Position numbers and translations under genes: made by a program. A model generated the notes under the pieces. It saw nothing but the letters and a program-made list of their open reading frames with translations. It made no database searches and was not told where the DNA came from. Shown here one piece after another: positions 15,445-31,833 of a stretch of 64,000 nt of DNA. Source of the stretch: Paraspadella gotoi (lineage: Eukaryota > Animalia > Chaetognatha); NCBI GenBank assembly GCA_051294375.1, contig CM119263.1, forward strand, positions 17,404,171 through 17,468,170. Direction: 5' to 3'. Numbering within the stretch: the first letter of the stretch is position 1; every line of letters begins with the position of its first letter.

Positions 15445-18400
15445 ATGCGTCTTCATGCTTCTGCTAATTTCGCGGCGTCAATCATTTCCTCCTCCTCGTC
15501 GTTTTCCTCTTCCTCTTCCTTCTCTCGCCCGCCAATCGGGCGCGTGCTCGCGTCGTCCAATCGTAAAGACGACGGTCGAGTTGTCGGCCCCGAACGCCGC
15601 TTCGGAGCCGACGTCCGCGAACTCGACGACTACGACGACGTCATCTGCCGACGCCCACGATGACGTCGGGTTCCACTTCCGGTCAAAGGACGACGACTCG
15701 ATCGACGGCGACGGCGTCTACTTCCCGCTGCCAGCGCTGCCGCGTGAAGAAGCAGCAGCCGTGTCCGGCGCCCTTGCGCGAAAACTACTGCCTCAACGAC
15801 GGCACGCTGCTTCATCATGGACTTACCGCAAGGTTGCTTGCCGACCGGCCGCACCTGCTTGAGCAATCTGTAAATGCCGCAAAGGGGTGGATGGGCGCCC
15901 GGTGCGGGACCGCGCGATAGACAACGACGTCCTCGGCGGCGACGGAGGCGGCGACGACGGCGGGCGCGGATGGCGGTCAAGGCGACGACAGAGGATGACA
16001 GAGAGGCGACGATGTCGACGGCGACCTCAACGACGCCGACGACGAAGACGACGGCGCCGGCCCGTCCATGCGATCCTGGCGGCCACTGCGAGGACGACGA
16101 CGAGTCTTGGAAAGGTTTGTCTTTTTACGTACATATTAAGGAATTTTTGTTTTTTGATGCTTTTACAGAATACATTTTTGGATCATTTCATAGACCTAGT
16201 TGAGACTAACCTACAGGGTCTTCAATCTGGCGCGATACGAAAAGACTCGTAATTCTTTCTTGTATATTATTTTTATGAACATTATGACATTAGTTAGAAA
16301 ACTACTTGATGTTTAAGTTGACCTAAAAAATGAAGTATGGAAAACAAATTTTATTGTTTTAATGGGAACTGAAGGATTGATAGTAAGATCCATTTTCAAA
16401 GTAAAAATCTGCTTCTTCAGAAATTTACCATCTGAGGAAAAATATTTTTAACATAGAACTATCCTAGCTAGAATGTACGAATTGGTGAGAAAAGAGTATT
16501 TTTCTTTTAGTATAAAAAAATTGTATAATCTGATTGTTCTTTGTTTCGATTATATTCCAATTTTTTCATATCACTCCACGATTGAAGTCCCTGTATTATT
16601 TCCTCCAGCAGTTTACGTCTGTTCATCCAAAAAATGTTTTAAAGTTTTTAAATAGGATTATTTAATAAACTAGAGCGTTTTTAACCTGCGCGGTGTTATT
16701 TTTTCGCCGAATCCAAAGACCGAAAAGATGCCACCCAGGTGATAAGATTTGAGGATTAGAGAAGAACTGTGACTATTCTCGGATTCCACAAGTTCACGAA
16801 TACACCGCATATTGCAGCTCTTTGATGAAAACTACGGGTGAAGGGGAAAAAGAGGTCAAAGAAGAGGATTTAAAAGATTTTATTTACTGTATTTATATAA
16901 AAAATAATAACCCACCCGATACATCGTTTGCTTGAAACAGTTAGGAATCTTTGAGTCATTGCAAATTGTGAATCGATCAATTTACTGATCTATTTAAATC
17001 TAAACCAAAATATGTCTATCGGGGTTTTTCAGTGGTACACAATAGAAGCAATTTTAAAACATGAACGACAGACATTGTCGATATCTTACATAACAATGAT
17101 TAAAAAATTTATTCCCGCAGGCTCAATTGAATCAGCGACTGTGATTCGGGATCTGTGATTTTTATCTTTTCTGCGTCGTCGCAATTTTTGTTGCCTGGAA
17201 CTGGGCCAAGAAAAAAGGCGTTGTCAAAAAGATCTCAATGTCCGAGTAAGTGCTATGAAACTAATAACGTTGTTAGAAATAAAATTTATCCTAAAAATAG
17301 AATTTATCCTAAAAATAAGAATCGTATGTGGGTAACATCGACGTACCCCTTAAAAACGACAAGCGAATAAGTACTATTTAACAAAATTATATTTCACTTT
17401 TTAACTAATCACAAGCTTTACAAATAAATAACCAGATATCTTTTTTTAATCTTTTTTTTCATTGCTTGCCGTATTCTTATCAATTGTCATTCTTGTTATT
17501 CTCTCTATATTCATATATAATATTGATCACCGGCTCACATCCACATCGTTCTGCCGATCCCATTGCTCAGGCGGGAACGCACCATCCCAAGAGTTTCATT
17601 TTCATCCACAGTCCTTACGACTTGCTTCTCCGTTGGCAAAGGAAGGCCGCTCTAGGGTAACCGCGCCAGTGACAGGAGGTTGCACTCGAGGGTTAGAAGC
17701 CCCAAAGTCAACAGTGAGATGCTCCGTCCGAATGGGCATCAGGGAAGCCCGATGTTGCCATACAGTATTCTTTTAACTCTAAATCTGCATCATTCAATGA
17801 AATGGTACAACCAATATAAAAATTATCCATTCATTTAATAAATAAGCTATCTTTTACTTAATATTTTTTATCAAACCTTCAAAAACCATATTTTTTCGTT
17901 TCCCTAGGATCCTTTGGTCTTCGTTGCAACTCCCCTTCCCTCAGCCAACGGTCTACTCCCATCGAACACCCTCTCAGATCCGAGAGTCTCCATTCTTCCT
18001 CCACCCAGTCCACAAACCTTTACACCCCTTGTCCACTGCCCGCCACTCGAAGCTCGACATCTGGGGACGCCGTCCACCCGTGGCTCCTTCCGCGCCTCCT
18101 TTGCGACCGTCAAGGCCTGACCTTCTTTTGCTCGTGCCGCCGGCGCCCGAGAGTCACCGCCGCTCGAGGTCGAATGTTCGAGACGCACGGGGCCTCCTCT
18201 TGAAGCCCGTCAGTTAGGCATCGCGAGCCGGCCCCCACCAGCTCGGTCGGTTGACCGGGAGTCCGCAGCGGGCGGCCCCTTTAAAATCTCCGACGCGGTG
18301 AGCGGCAGCCCTCGACCGTCTTGAACGGGCTTCCTTTTACCACTTTCGACGGGCGCCGCCCGACTACCCCGTCAAGTCACCCGCTAAAACTGAAAGGCTT

Positions 18401-18703
18401 CGTCGCCCGACGGCCAGCGGTAACCCGTATAAACTAAACGGTTTCGCGCCTACGTTACTTCCGCTGAAGCAGCCAATGATGTACGGCTGCCCCTCGAATC
18501 GCGAAGAGCGGCCTTCCCGTTTCGAACGGGCACCTTCCGTCGTCAAACGGCGCGCGCCATCATCGTGCCTCTCGCCGTCCACTCTGGGCCCGTTGATCGG
18601 AAGCACCCAGAGCTTTCAACACTACCGACCGGCTTTTCGTCCCGTGCACAGATCCGACGTCGCCCATCCCGCCGACGTCGACGCAACGCTTACCGCCGTT
18701 TGA
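15445..18703 (+). CDS. Second copy of the Spitz-like EGFR ligand gene, frameshifted by many 1-bp indels (probably the other haplotype or an unpolished copy)
   Basis: Colinear, near-identical to 1486-4747; same EGF, TM and TAV* segments split across ORFs 15424, 15660, 15874, 17155, 17924 and 18476. Confidence 0.7.
17526..17762 (+). mobile_element. Same element in the duplicate gene copy
   Basis: Colinear with 3576-3796; retains a ~19-nt segment between CATCC repeats that the first copy lacks. Confidence 0.6.
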
Positions 18704-19752
18704 CGGGTCAAGTGGCGCTATCGTTTGGGACGTCGTAGACGAAGACGTCAATGTTTTCTTCACAATCAAAAAAAGAAAAAAAACAATTTTCAAAGAAAAA
18801 AAAATTTAATACGGAGACATGATCTTCTCGCGGGCGAATGCCATGGCGAGAACGACGACAACAGCCAGAATCACTAAAACCAATCTAGGAAAACAATAAA
18901 CGAACGAATCAAAACGAAACATGGACAATTTTGACGATTAAATCATCTTTGAAATTTAAAACAGACAAGTTAATTTACACAAACGCACGGAATTTGTGAA
19001 TTTTCTTAACTATATTGATGATAGCCGCGAGAAATAATACCACAGATTAAACTTCTACTGAAACTACGACAGCAACATGAATATTCGCCCTCGACAATAT
19101 CGAGTCGCCGCCATTGCCGCCGACGCGCCCGCCGCCGCGCTGAAGCCGAGAGAAATCGCCGATTCCGAAGATCGTCTCGTCGCGTCCCGACGATTTCCTC
19201 CACAAAAGAGAATTTCGTTCTTGTTTTTTCTTTCTTTTTTTTTCTCTCTTCTTTTTCTTCTGTTTCCCTTTTGTTTTTGGGCGATACACGTAGATTGATA
19301 CCGTTGTATCGGCACGAGAGACTGGATTGACAAATGGGGAAGGGGAATCCGCTACTTGGAGTCGGCGGGGGCTCGATTACGGTCAGGGTCATAAAAGGTC
19401 TTTTTTTTAATTTATATTTTATTAATTTTTTAACGAATATACTTTCAGATTTATATATTTTTTTAAAACGTTAATTCGTTTAATAATAAGCATAGAGGGA
19501 AATGATAAAAAATAAAAATGTAACAACGTAATCTAATTTGACTCCCACGGCGTCTTCCTTCCATCTGCCACCGCAATGAAATTACGGTCTAAGCCTTGAC
19601 GACAATGACGCAAACCTAAATTCCAATGTTTTTTCATTTATAGTTAAAAAGACGGTTTGTTTTTTTCTTACTTTTTTTTTAAATCTTAATCCTTGTTTCA
19701 ATCTTTGATCATCGAGAACAACCGGAATTCCTGACCCACGGGAGACCAAGAG

Positions 19753-19826
<74 letters not shown>

Positions 19827-20569
19827 AGGGGGAGGGGGAGGAGACTAAGGAAAAACTTTTTTTTGCGGTTTCATATGTTTGGATGATTTTGGGCAAAAGA
19901 AAAGGGGAAAGGGGAGACAAAAATACGGAGCGAAGAGACTAAGATAGATGGCCACTCTTGAGAGAGGAGAAATTATGATAGAGAATGAGATTATAAAAAA
20001 GAAAGATTGCAGTATGATTGTTCTATTACTCGTCAAAACTGATGGATGTTGAACATCGAGAAAGATGGCCTTTATGAGTTCCTCCCTCTTCCTTTTTTTG
20101 TCACGATCAACCAAGCCCTACTATACTTACAAAGATAACATTATTATTTTTTTTTTGAGTTTAAAAATATTTTTAAAAAACCTCTTTTTTTTTTTGCATA
20201 TTGATCAGTGCAGTTTATTTGTTCAGTTTTTATATTGGGTTTAGTCGGATCGGTTATAATTCCACGGGTTCCATTTATTCTGTGGGGCTTCCTTGGTTCC
20301 GCTGCTTGGTCGGTGGAAACAAAAAACATAAAAATTCGAAAAACCGCGAGTTTATTTATCTGCGACCTTGCCGGTGGAACCATTGCATGGTCGCGGAGGG
20401 CGATGTTGTTGTTGGCGCGAGTCGGGGAGGTGTCGGAGTGGAGGGAGAAGTTGGAGAAGTTGGAGACGTTGGAGACCGGATGGAGAAACCTCGTAGACTG
20501 GTGCGACCGGTGGGAGGATAGGATGGGTAGTTTTGCTCTGCCTTCGCTTGGATCCTTACGCCTCCTTTC

Positions 20570-20806
20570 AGCTCCTTATTTCCACTTTCCTCCTTTTTTC
20601 CTTCCCTCCCTCTCCTTTTTTTCCACTTTCCTCCTTTTTCCTTTTCTCCTCTCCTTTTTTTCTTATCTCCTCCTTTTTCCTTCCCTCCTCCCTTTTTTCC
20701 TCTCTCCTCCTTTTTTCCTTCTCTCCCTCTCCCTTTTTTCCACTTTCCTCCTTTTTCCTTCCTCCCTCTCCTTTTTTTCCACTTTCCTATTTTTTCCTTC
20801 CTCCCC
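20570..20806. repeat. Degenerate polypyrimidine minisatellite (TCCACTTTCCTCCTTTTTCC-type units); copies at 9290-9525 and inverted at 7590-7825
   Basis: Almost pure C/T strand with a recurring TCCACTTTCCT motif. Confidence 0.8.
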
Positions 20807-20931
20807 TGTCGCCATATCGCGTATCCTCTGCCAGACATCGGCGGTTTTTCTAGCAATCGAGCGAAGGTTCGGAAAGAGACAGAGACAGAGTAGGGAGATG
20901 AAAAAGAGAGAAAGAGAAAGAAAGAGAGAGA

Positions 20932-20998
<67 letters not shown>

Positions 20999-21089
20999 TC
21001 TCGTGCGCCGCAAATCAAATGCGGCCAGAAAAAAACACGCAAACCGGAATTATGATGACCTTAGGACTTAAAAATCTCATGATTTAAGA

Positions 21090-21171
<82 letters not shown>

Positions 21172-22499
21172 GGAGAGAGAGAGAGCGTGAGAGGCAAGAT
21201 TCGCTGAAAGAAGACCGGGGCCAAGAAATAGAATAAAGAGAAGGAACGAGAATCGGAGCGATGTAAAGAGCATTTTTGGACAGACGTTCATATCAGAGAT
21301 TGGAGAAATGCGCAAAGGTTGAAAAAGCAAAGGAAACGAAATCTTGGAAAAGATGGCGACGAATAAGTTTTATTTTTCGTCTCGATGAGATTGTTCATTG
21401 TAGGTTCCTAATTCACTTTCGTTACTCGACGCTCATTTGTTTATTCTGTTGATTCACGTTGCGCTCATTGTCGTCAATGTCGCGCATATCATCACAATAC
21501 GAGAACCCCCCCAAAAAAAATAAAATTATTAACTCACAAATTTATTAGTAATAGTTTTTTTAATTGGTAATATTTATTTCGGGAATCCGAGCGGGAAAGA
21601 CTAAATTTCAGCCAAATACGAATCAGCTTTACGCTGATTTCTGTATTTTATGTGATGAAAAATGGAATAAAAACTGTTCTTAGTTGTACATTATCCGCGT
21701 GCGAGGAGATCCGATAATTTGTGATTAATTGAAATAACTTTCATTTTTTACTGTGATACCGAATACGAAGCACTCTTGTTAATATTTTTAGGTATGCTTT
21801 ATTTAAATTGAATAAATAAATTATCAAGCGTTCCTTTTGTTTTTTTATTTATTCATCTGCAGAAATCATTTGATCAGTGAGTTTCAAAATTAGTGCTCCT
21901 CACCCAGCCCCCCACAATTGGCGAATCGCGTCCAGTCCGTCATTCTCTGAGTTCAGATCTTTTTTTCTAACTAAATATGAGAAACGAAATGAAATGCCGT
22001 AGAACAATCATTCGTTATTTAACTTGGACTTCCTAAAATTCGAATAATAAATTTTGGAAAATTTAATTTTGTCTAAAATCGATAAAAATTTAAACTCGAA
22101 TCATGAAAAAAATTAGAAAACTCGAAGAGACAGCCTCGTTTTCGTTTCTTTTTCAATTCGCTTCGGCAACTTGGACTGTCGAGACTCCAACAATATTGCA
22201 AACTACAATAAAGAGTTATAAAATAAGAACCGGGTAGTTTTTGAACTTTATAGAAAGTAGAAGACATGAAATTCTTTCCAAAAGGTTCGTGCATGAACCA
22301 ATGCAATTTCGCCCACGAACGCGGAAAAATATCTTTTTATATATCTTTATTCATTAATAATCTAATTAAATTGATCCGCGTGATTAAATTTCAAAAGTAT
22401 ACTAGTTCAAGACTCGAAATCTTCTGGGACCTTGGTTTAGAAACCAATTTGACCAAAGAGAAAGAAATCGCTCTTCTTTTCTCGTCCTCCCACCCGACG

Positions 22500-23206
22500 A
22501 TGTCTCACCTCCTTCCTCTCCTCCTCCTCCTCTCATCCCTTTCGTCATTGTCTCGGTCGCCGGGGGCGTAGAAGTTATTACGACCCCTTGTGTCGAAGGA
22601 AATTTTACTTCTCCGGCGCCAACGCCACGCGCGCCAATGCCACGGCGTCCGCGGCCACTTCGACCGCTGCGCATCATCTTCACGGAGCGCGTCAACGAGG
22701 TCGAAGTGCACGACGACGACGAGGATAATTTCGAAGGAAAATTTCGATTTGTTTCGGAGATTTCTCAAAATATGTCCCATGAAGTTTCGATTGATAAAGA
22801 GCGAGCAGGTTATGCGATTAACCTGCTAAATTTTGTTTACACTAATTGGTGTAAAGATAATTTTTTAAATAATTGAAGTTATACAATATACAACGTTGCA
22901 ATTATTTAAATCGTAAAGTCTGTTATCTTAATTACAGAACTGCGATTCGTTATGACGAGGGTTCTATAGGCGGTTCAGTTATTGAAGGAGAAAATGATAT
23001 GATCCTAAATTGGATTAAGATGAGACCTCAGTACATGGACAAACTGAAGTAAGTAAATTATAATTAATTAATTATATTAATTATAATTAATAAATAATTA
23101 AATAAATATAAATAAATAAATAAAAAATAAAAATATATAAATAAATAAATAAATAAGAATAAAATAATAAATAAATAAATGAAGTAAATAATAAATAATA
23201 AATAAA

Positions 23207-23239
<33 letters not shown>

Positions 23240-23254
23240 AAAGTATAAATATTA

Positions 23255-23305
<51 letters not shown>

Positions 23306-23995
23306 ACATTTCATCCACCAAAAACGCCCATCGGCCATCGCCTCCAAGATGGACGACCCCCTTGGAGTTTCAGAGCCTCGTCCTCATAAAGGCGGCCTCC
23401 GCGGACACTTTCGACTCGATCGTCTCCATCTTCACGAAGACCCTCTCCTTCGAGTCTTGGGTCATCTTCGTCGTCTTCGTCGTCGCCGCGGTCCTCCTCT
23501 CCGCCGCGCTCAAGAGAATCGAGCGGCGGCGGCGTGGACGCGGATTTTCCGGAGCGGAGTTGGTCGAGGATCTCTTCCTATTGGTCGCGGATCGGGACGA
23601 CGGGTGAGTTAAATGGGTCAGGGGTGGCCTGGGAGATTTCGTCCTGATGGAGACGACACTTGTAATGATAATGAAGAGGTGGTAATCTTGTTTAGTTGAT
23701 AATAATATGAACGCAAGGAGTCGCCCGTTTTGTACTCAAAAACTAAATAAGACGCCAATAGGTTATTTTAATTTTAATGCTTTTTCCCTAAAACTGTATT
23801 TTAAAATTTTATAAAAGATTATTGTAAACGTTAGTTGACAGACATAAGACACAAGACACAATCCGGACTAGTAGACTAAATTTTATTCCTTGTTTTTTAT
23901 ATTGGAGTCGCGAGGCGTCGTCTCCGTTGCTCAGCCTCTTTCGTTTGTTGTGGTACTTTTTCACATTCGTCTTCGTCACTGCTTTCTCCGCACAG
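22500..23995 (+). CDS. IR gene copy A (5' part; exons ~22500-22850, 22938-23048, 23349-23603, 23908-23995), truncated by assembly gaps
   Basis: Exons 22938-23048, 23349-23603 and 23908-23995 splice in frame (phases 2, 2, 0): ...MDKLK|WTTPLEF...ADRDDG|REASSPLLSLFRLLWYFFTFVFVTAFSAQ. Colinear with 25236-26699. Confidence 0.75.
23085..23306. repeat. (TAAA)n tetranucleotide repeat in an IR intron (copy at 25830-26008)
   Basis: Direct reading. Confidence 0.95.
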
Positions 23996-24008
23996 GTGGC
24001 TAATTTAT

Positions 24009-24071
<63 letters not shown>

Positions 24072-24137
24072 GGAGAGGGAGAGAGAGAGAGAGAGAAAAC
24101 AAGAAAAAGGGAGGAAAATACATTAATGATGAAACTA

Positions 24138-24628
24138 CTATCTAGGAAAAAAGTTAGAAACATTTTTTTTTNNNNNNNNNNNNNNNNNNNNNNNNNNNNN
24201 NNNNNNNNNNNNNNNNNNNNNNNNNNNNNNNNNNNNNNNNNNNNNNNNNNNNNNNNNNNNNNNNNNNNNNNNNNNNNNNNNNNNNNNNNNNNNNNNNNNN
24301 NNNNNNNNNNNNNNNNNNNNNNNNNNNNNNNNNNNNNNNNNNNNNNNNNNNNNNNNNNNNNNNNNNNNNNNNNNNNNNNNNNNNNNNNNNNNNNNNNNNN
24401 NNNNNNNNNNNNNNNNNNNNNNNNNNNNNNNNNNNNNNNNNNNNNNNNNNNNNNNNNNNNNNNNNNNNNNNNNNNNNNNNNNNNNNNNNNNNNNNNNNNN
24501 NNNNNNNNNNNNNNNNNNNNNNNNNNNNNNNNNNNNNNNNNNNNNNNNNNNNNNNNNNNNNNNNNNNNNNNNNNNNNNNNNNNNNNNNNNNNNNAATTAA
24601 AAATGTTTCTAACTTTTTTCCTAGATAG
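24138..24628. mobile_element. Same Tc1-like element in IR copy A; interior is an N gap
   Basis: Both TIRs are present with TA at 24136-24137 and 24629-24630, flanking Ns 24172-24594. Confidence 0.75.
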
Positions 24629-25235
24629 TAACCAGAGAATATAAAAAGACTAAAAAGAATGAAACAAGTAAATAACAGAGAAGGACAGACAGATTTAATG
24701 AACCGAAAAGCAAAAAAGAAAGAAAGAAAGAAAGAAAGAANNNNNNNNNNNNNNNNNNNNNNNNNCCTAAAATTCGAATAAATAAATTTTGGAAATTTAA
24801 TTTTGTCTAAAATCGATAAAATTTAAACTCGAATCATGAAAAAAATTAGAAACTCGAGAGACAGCCTCGTTTTCGTTTCTTTTCAATTCCGCTTCGGCAA
24901 CTTGGACTGTCGAGACTCCAACAATATTGCAAACTAACAATAAGAGTTATAAAATAAGAACCGGGTAGTTTTTTTGAACTTTATAGAAAGTAGAAGACAT
25001 GAAATTCTTTCCAAAAGGTTCGTGCATGAACCAATGCAATTTAGCCCACGAACGCGAAAAATATCTTTTTAATAAAGTTATATCATTTTATCATTTTAAT
25101 CTAATTAAATTGATCCGCGTGATTAAATTTCAAAGTATACTAGTTCAAGACTCGAAATCTTCTGGGACCTTGGTTTTAAAAACCAATTTTGACCAAGAGA
25201 AAGAAATCGCCTTCTTTTCTCGTCTCCACCCGACG

Positions 25236-28833
<3,598 letters not shown>

Positions 28834-29164
28834 TTATATTGAAACAACGGTGTGAGAATGAAATAAAAACGTTTGATTTAAATATATCATTTAAAAAATC
28901 ACGATAAATTCTATTAATTTTTTTCATTTTTTTGGCTTTTGTTTTCTTTTTCCAAACGTTCGATTCAATGCGACAAAGCCGGATTCCATAGATATTAAAA
29001 CAAAAGGGACCTCGCGAATTTAGAGGAATTTTTTGTTTGTTTTGGGTTTGTGTGTGAAATGGTCTTACAATGTAAATCTGTCTGACTTTAGTAGGTATTA
29101 TAGATATTATAGAAATAATATATTTATGTATGTAAACAAGGCTTTTTTTTGTTATTATTTTGTT

Positions 29165-31771
29165 TCACCAGTCTTCTTCCCCACTTTCATCATACTTATT
29201 TTCGAAATAATCATCAGCCAGCGACGATTTCCCATTTCTTTTCACCGCGGCGCCCTTTCGCGCCTCTGTCTTCGTAGCGGCGCCGCCGACTTCCGTTTCT
29301 TCACGTCTAGTTTCGTGGCGAGACCGTTTTCCTACTTCGCCGTCCTTTTCATCGACGTCTTCGCCGTAGTCGTATCGCAAATAACCGTTAATTGGTTTGA
29401 GACCTCCCCCGACGCCTTCGCTATCGGTTAAATTTTTCGCGACGTCTTCAACCTCATTATCATCGAACCAATTAGAGAGCTCGTTTGTTCTCTTCCGGTG
29501 CGTCGTCCAATCAAAATTCTCAAATCCGATCTCTTGCGTCGTTGCGCTCTGAACGAAGGGTCCAGATTCATTTTCGAACCATTTTCCGGTCCTTTCGATC
29601 AGTTTTCCAGCGCCGTAACGGTTTTCCTTCCATTTTCCAGTTCCACGCTTTGGGTTTCTGGTTCCGACGTCGATGAGGCTTCAATCGGAAGTCACGTGAT
29701 CGCGTGGGAGAATCGAGAAACGCGTGGGAGGAGGGCGAAAGGGAGGAAGAGGAAGGAAGGGGGAGGGGGGGAGAGGATTTGAGAGGAAATGATGAGAAGG
29801 GAGCACAAAAAAAAAAGATAATAATTAAAATTCGCAATGCAATTAAGTCAAGGAGAGTATACAAAGTTACTGTGATTACAAAAAGAGTGAAAATGTGAAA
29901 ACTGACTTGAGGTCGTCGCTTCGTTCGCCTCCGAATCGCAGGCCATCGTTGTAAGGACTGTAATCAACGTCGTTATCGAATCCATGGGCGACGCGACTTT
30001 GGTCGTAACCATTGTCGGCTTCTGAAACCGTTGGAGGTCTCCACTGATTAGCGAAAACGTCGTTTTGATTCTGATAGATTTTTGCACGTAATAGGTACCG
30101 TGTTTACATTGCCGTATAAAGAATCCAATCGTGATACTTAAAATCCCTACCTTCCGCGTTGCCCATCCCGCGTTATCAAACCCTTGCACCCGTTGACCGG
30201 AGTAAAGATCCGATTCCATGAGTCCAAAATTCGGCGGTTCGTCTCCTTGGTTCGCTCGAGGCCCCCATCCGTTTTCTTCTCCTCCAAAACGCCACAATTC
30301 GAACCCACTTTGCGGAGAATTTCCAGTCTCGCCGTCCCACCCGGACCCACTCTCGCCTCGTCCTCGAAACGACCCGAACGGCACGACGATCGGCGCGGGA
30401 GCGTCGCGTCGAACAGCGCCGCCGATGTCTCCCTGGTCAACGAGCCAAGCGTCGCCGCTGATATAACCGCTAGGGTCGCCGCCGTCGTGTGGAAAATAGT
30501 GGATAGACTCATGACCCGGAGATCGAGAGTGGGGGGAATGACGGGGCTGGTACCAGTGGCTCGTCTCCGGCTCAACCCAGTGCCTCGGTTCCTCTCGATA
30601 CAAGGGGCCATCATCCTCGCCGCCGTGTTTGGTTTTCGGGTAAACGTCGTCGTCATGGGCGTGGCGGATATTTTTAACGACGTAATCGCGGTCGACGTGT
30701 TTGTGGAGATGATATCTATAAATGTGATTATCATTATTCAGAGTAGAATGTCCAAACCGAAAAGAATACATAATACAAAATTGAAAATGTATCAGAAACT
30801 AAACTGTCGATTTAGATTCAGATTACCTGTGAAAGTGATTGTGAAAACGAAGCTTTTTCTCCGTGTCAAAATGATCATAAGTTTCGCTCTAGGACAAAAT
30901 TTATATCTCAATTACGTTTTTTTCACGAACTAAGAAAAATGAAGACATTATGGCAACAGCCGGGTTGCCTGTGATGCCCATTGGGATCGGGCATCTCACT
31001 GTTGGCTTTGGGGGCTTCCGACCCTCAGGGACGCCTCCAGTCACTGGCGCGGTTACCCTCGGACGGTCTCGCAGAGATAAGTCGTTAGGACTGTGGATGG
31101 TACACTACGCCTGGGATGGTGTGTTCCCCTTCTGAGCCAATGGATTTGGCTGAACGATGGTGGACGTGAGGCGGTGTGAATATACCGTCACAACATCAAA
31201 TATTTCTTGTACTAACGCATAATCCCTGAATAAAGCTTTAGTAACACACTGAATTGATAGATGAATTTTGCGTGTTATTAAAGAAGATAAAGGCTGAAAA
31301 AGAATTACATAATTTCTATTATCGGAACCGACTTAAAATTTCCTCACTTTGAAAAGGAAAGAAGGAAACTAACATCTCTTATTCTCAACATTTTCTCCGT
31401 TCGAAATTTACCTTATAAGGATGTCGCTTTGGTTCTTCTTTCGACATGTAATGTGTGTGATGGTGAGTGTGATGGCTGCTGTGGTGGTCGCTGTGGTGGC
31501 CGTGGTGGCTGTGGTGGCCATGGTAACCGTTTTGAAAGCCTGAAATGATTGCATTTGTATATGAAATTATGAATAACGCGAAACTCCGGATTTTTTAATT
31601 ATTACTAATTTGAGGAAAGAAAAAGAGCTCCCGCGACAAAATAGATGGTTAAATGATTTTTTTTCCGCTTAATTAGCCTTAGAGAGAGAGAGAGAGAGAG
31701 AGAGTCATTCGATTTATTATGCTATTATTTATATAGATGGTTAAATGATTTTTTTTTCGCTTAATTAGCCT

Positions 31772-31833
<62 letters not shown>

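Larger units (their letters stand above)
14013..19680 (+). repeat. Direct duplicate of 1-5748
   Basis: Window start CGTGGACGACAGGGCGG recurs at 14013; colinear to the T-run at 19672-19680. Confidence 0.95.

Noticed and set aside
15445-18703. Frameshifted ligand copy as a true pseudogene paralogue
   Set aside because: Lesions are almost all single-base indels with few substitutions, the pattern of long-read error; it cannot be called a pseudogene without polishing.
20208-21071. 287-aa 'multi-TM' ORF (also 7325-8185 and 8789-9571)
   Set aside because: The hydrophobicity comes from a polypyrimidine repeat (F/L/S/P codons), and the frame is not conserved among the three copies.
22874-22876. In-frame TGA in the IR 5' exon as selenocysteine or readthrough
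   Set aside because: The first intron boundary is unresolved, a second stop follows, and the two copies disagree by several indels here; intron sequence or error is more likely.
30184-30933. 249-aa plus-strand ORF
   Set aside because: Antisense shadow of the His-rich gene, whose minus-strand exons have consistent splice sites and phases.
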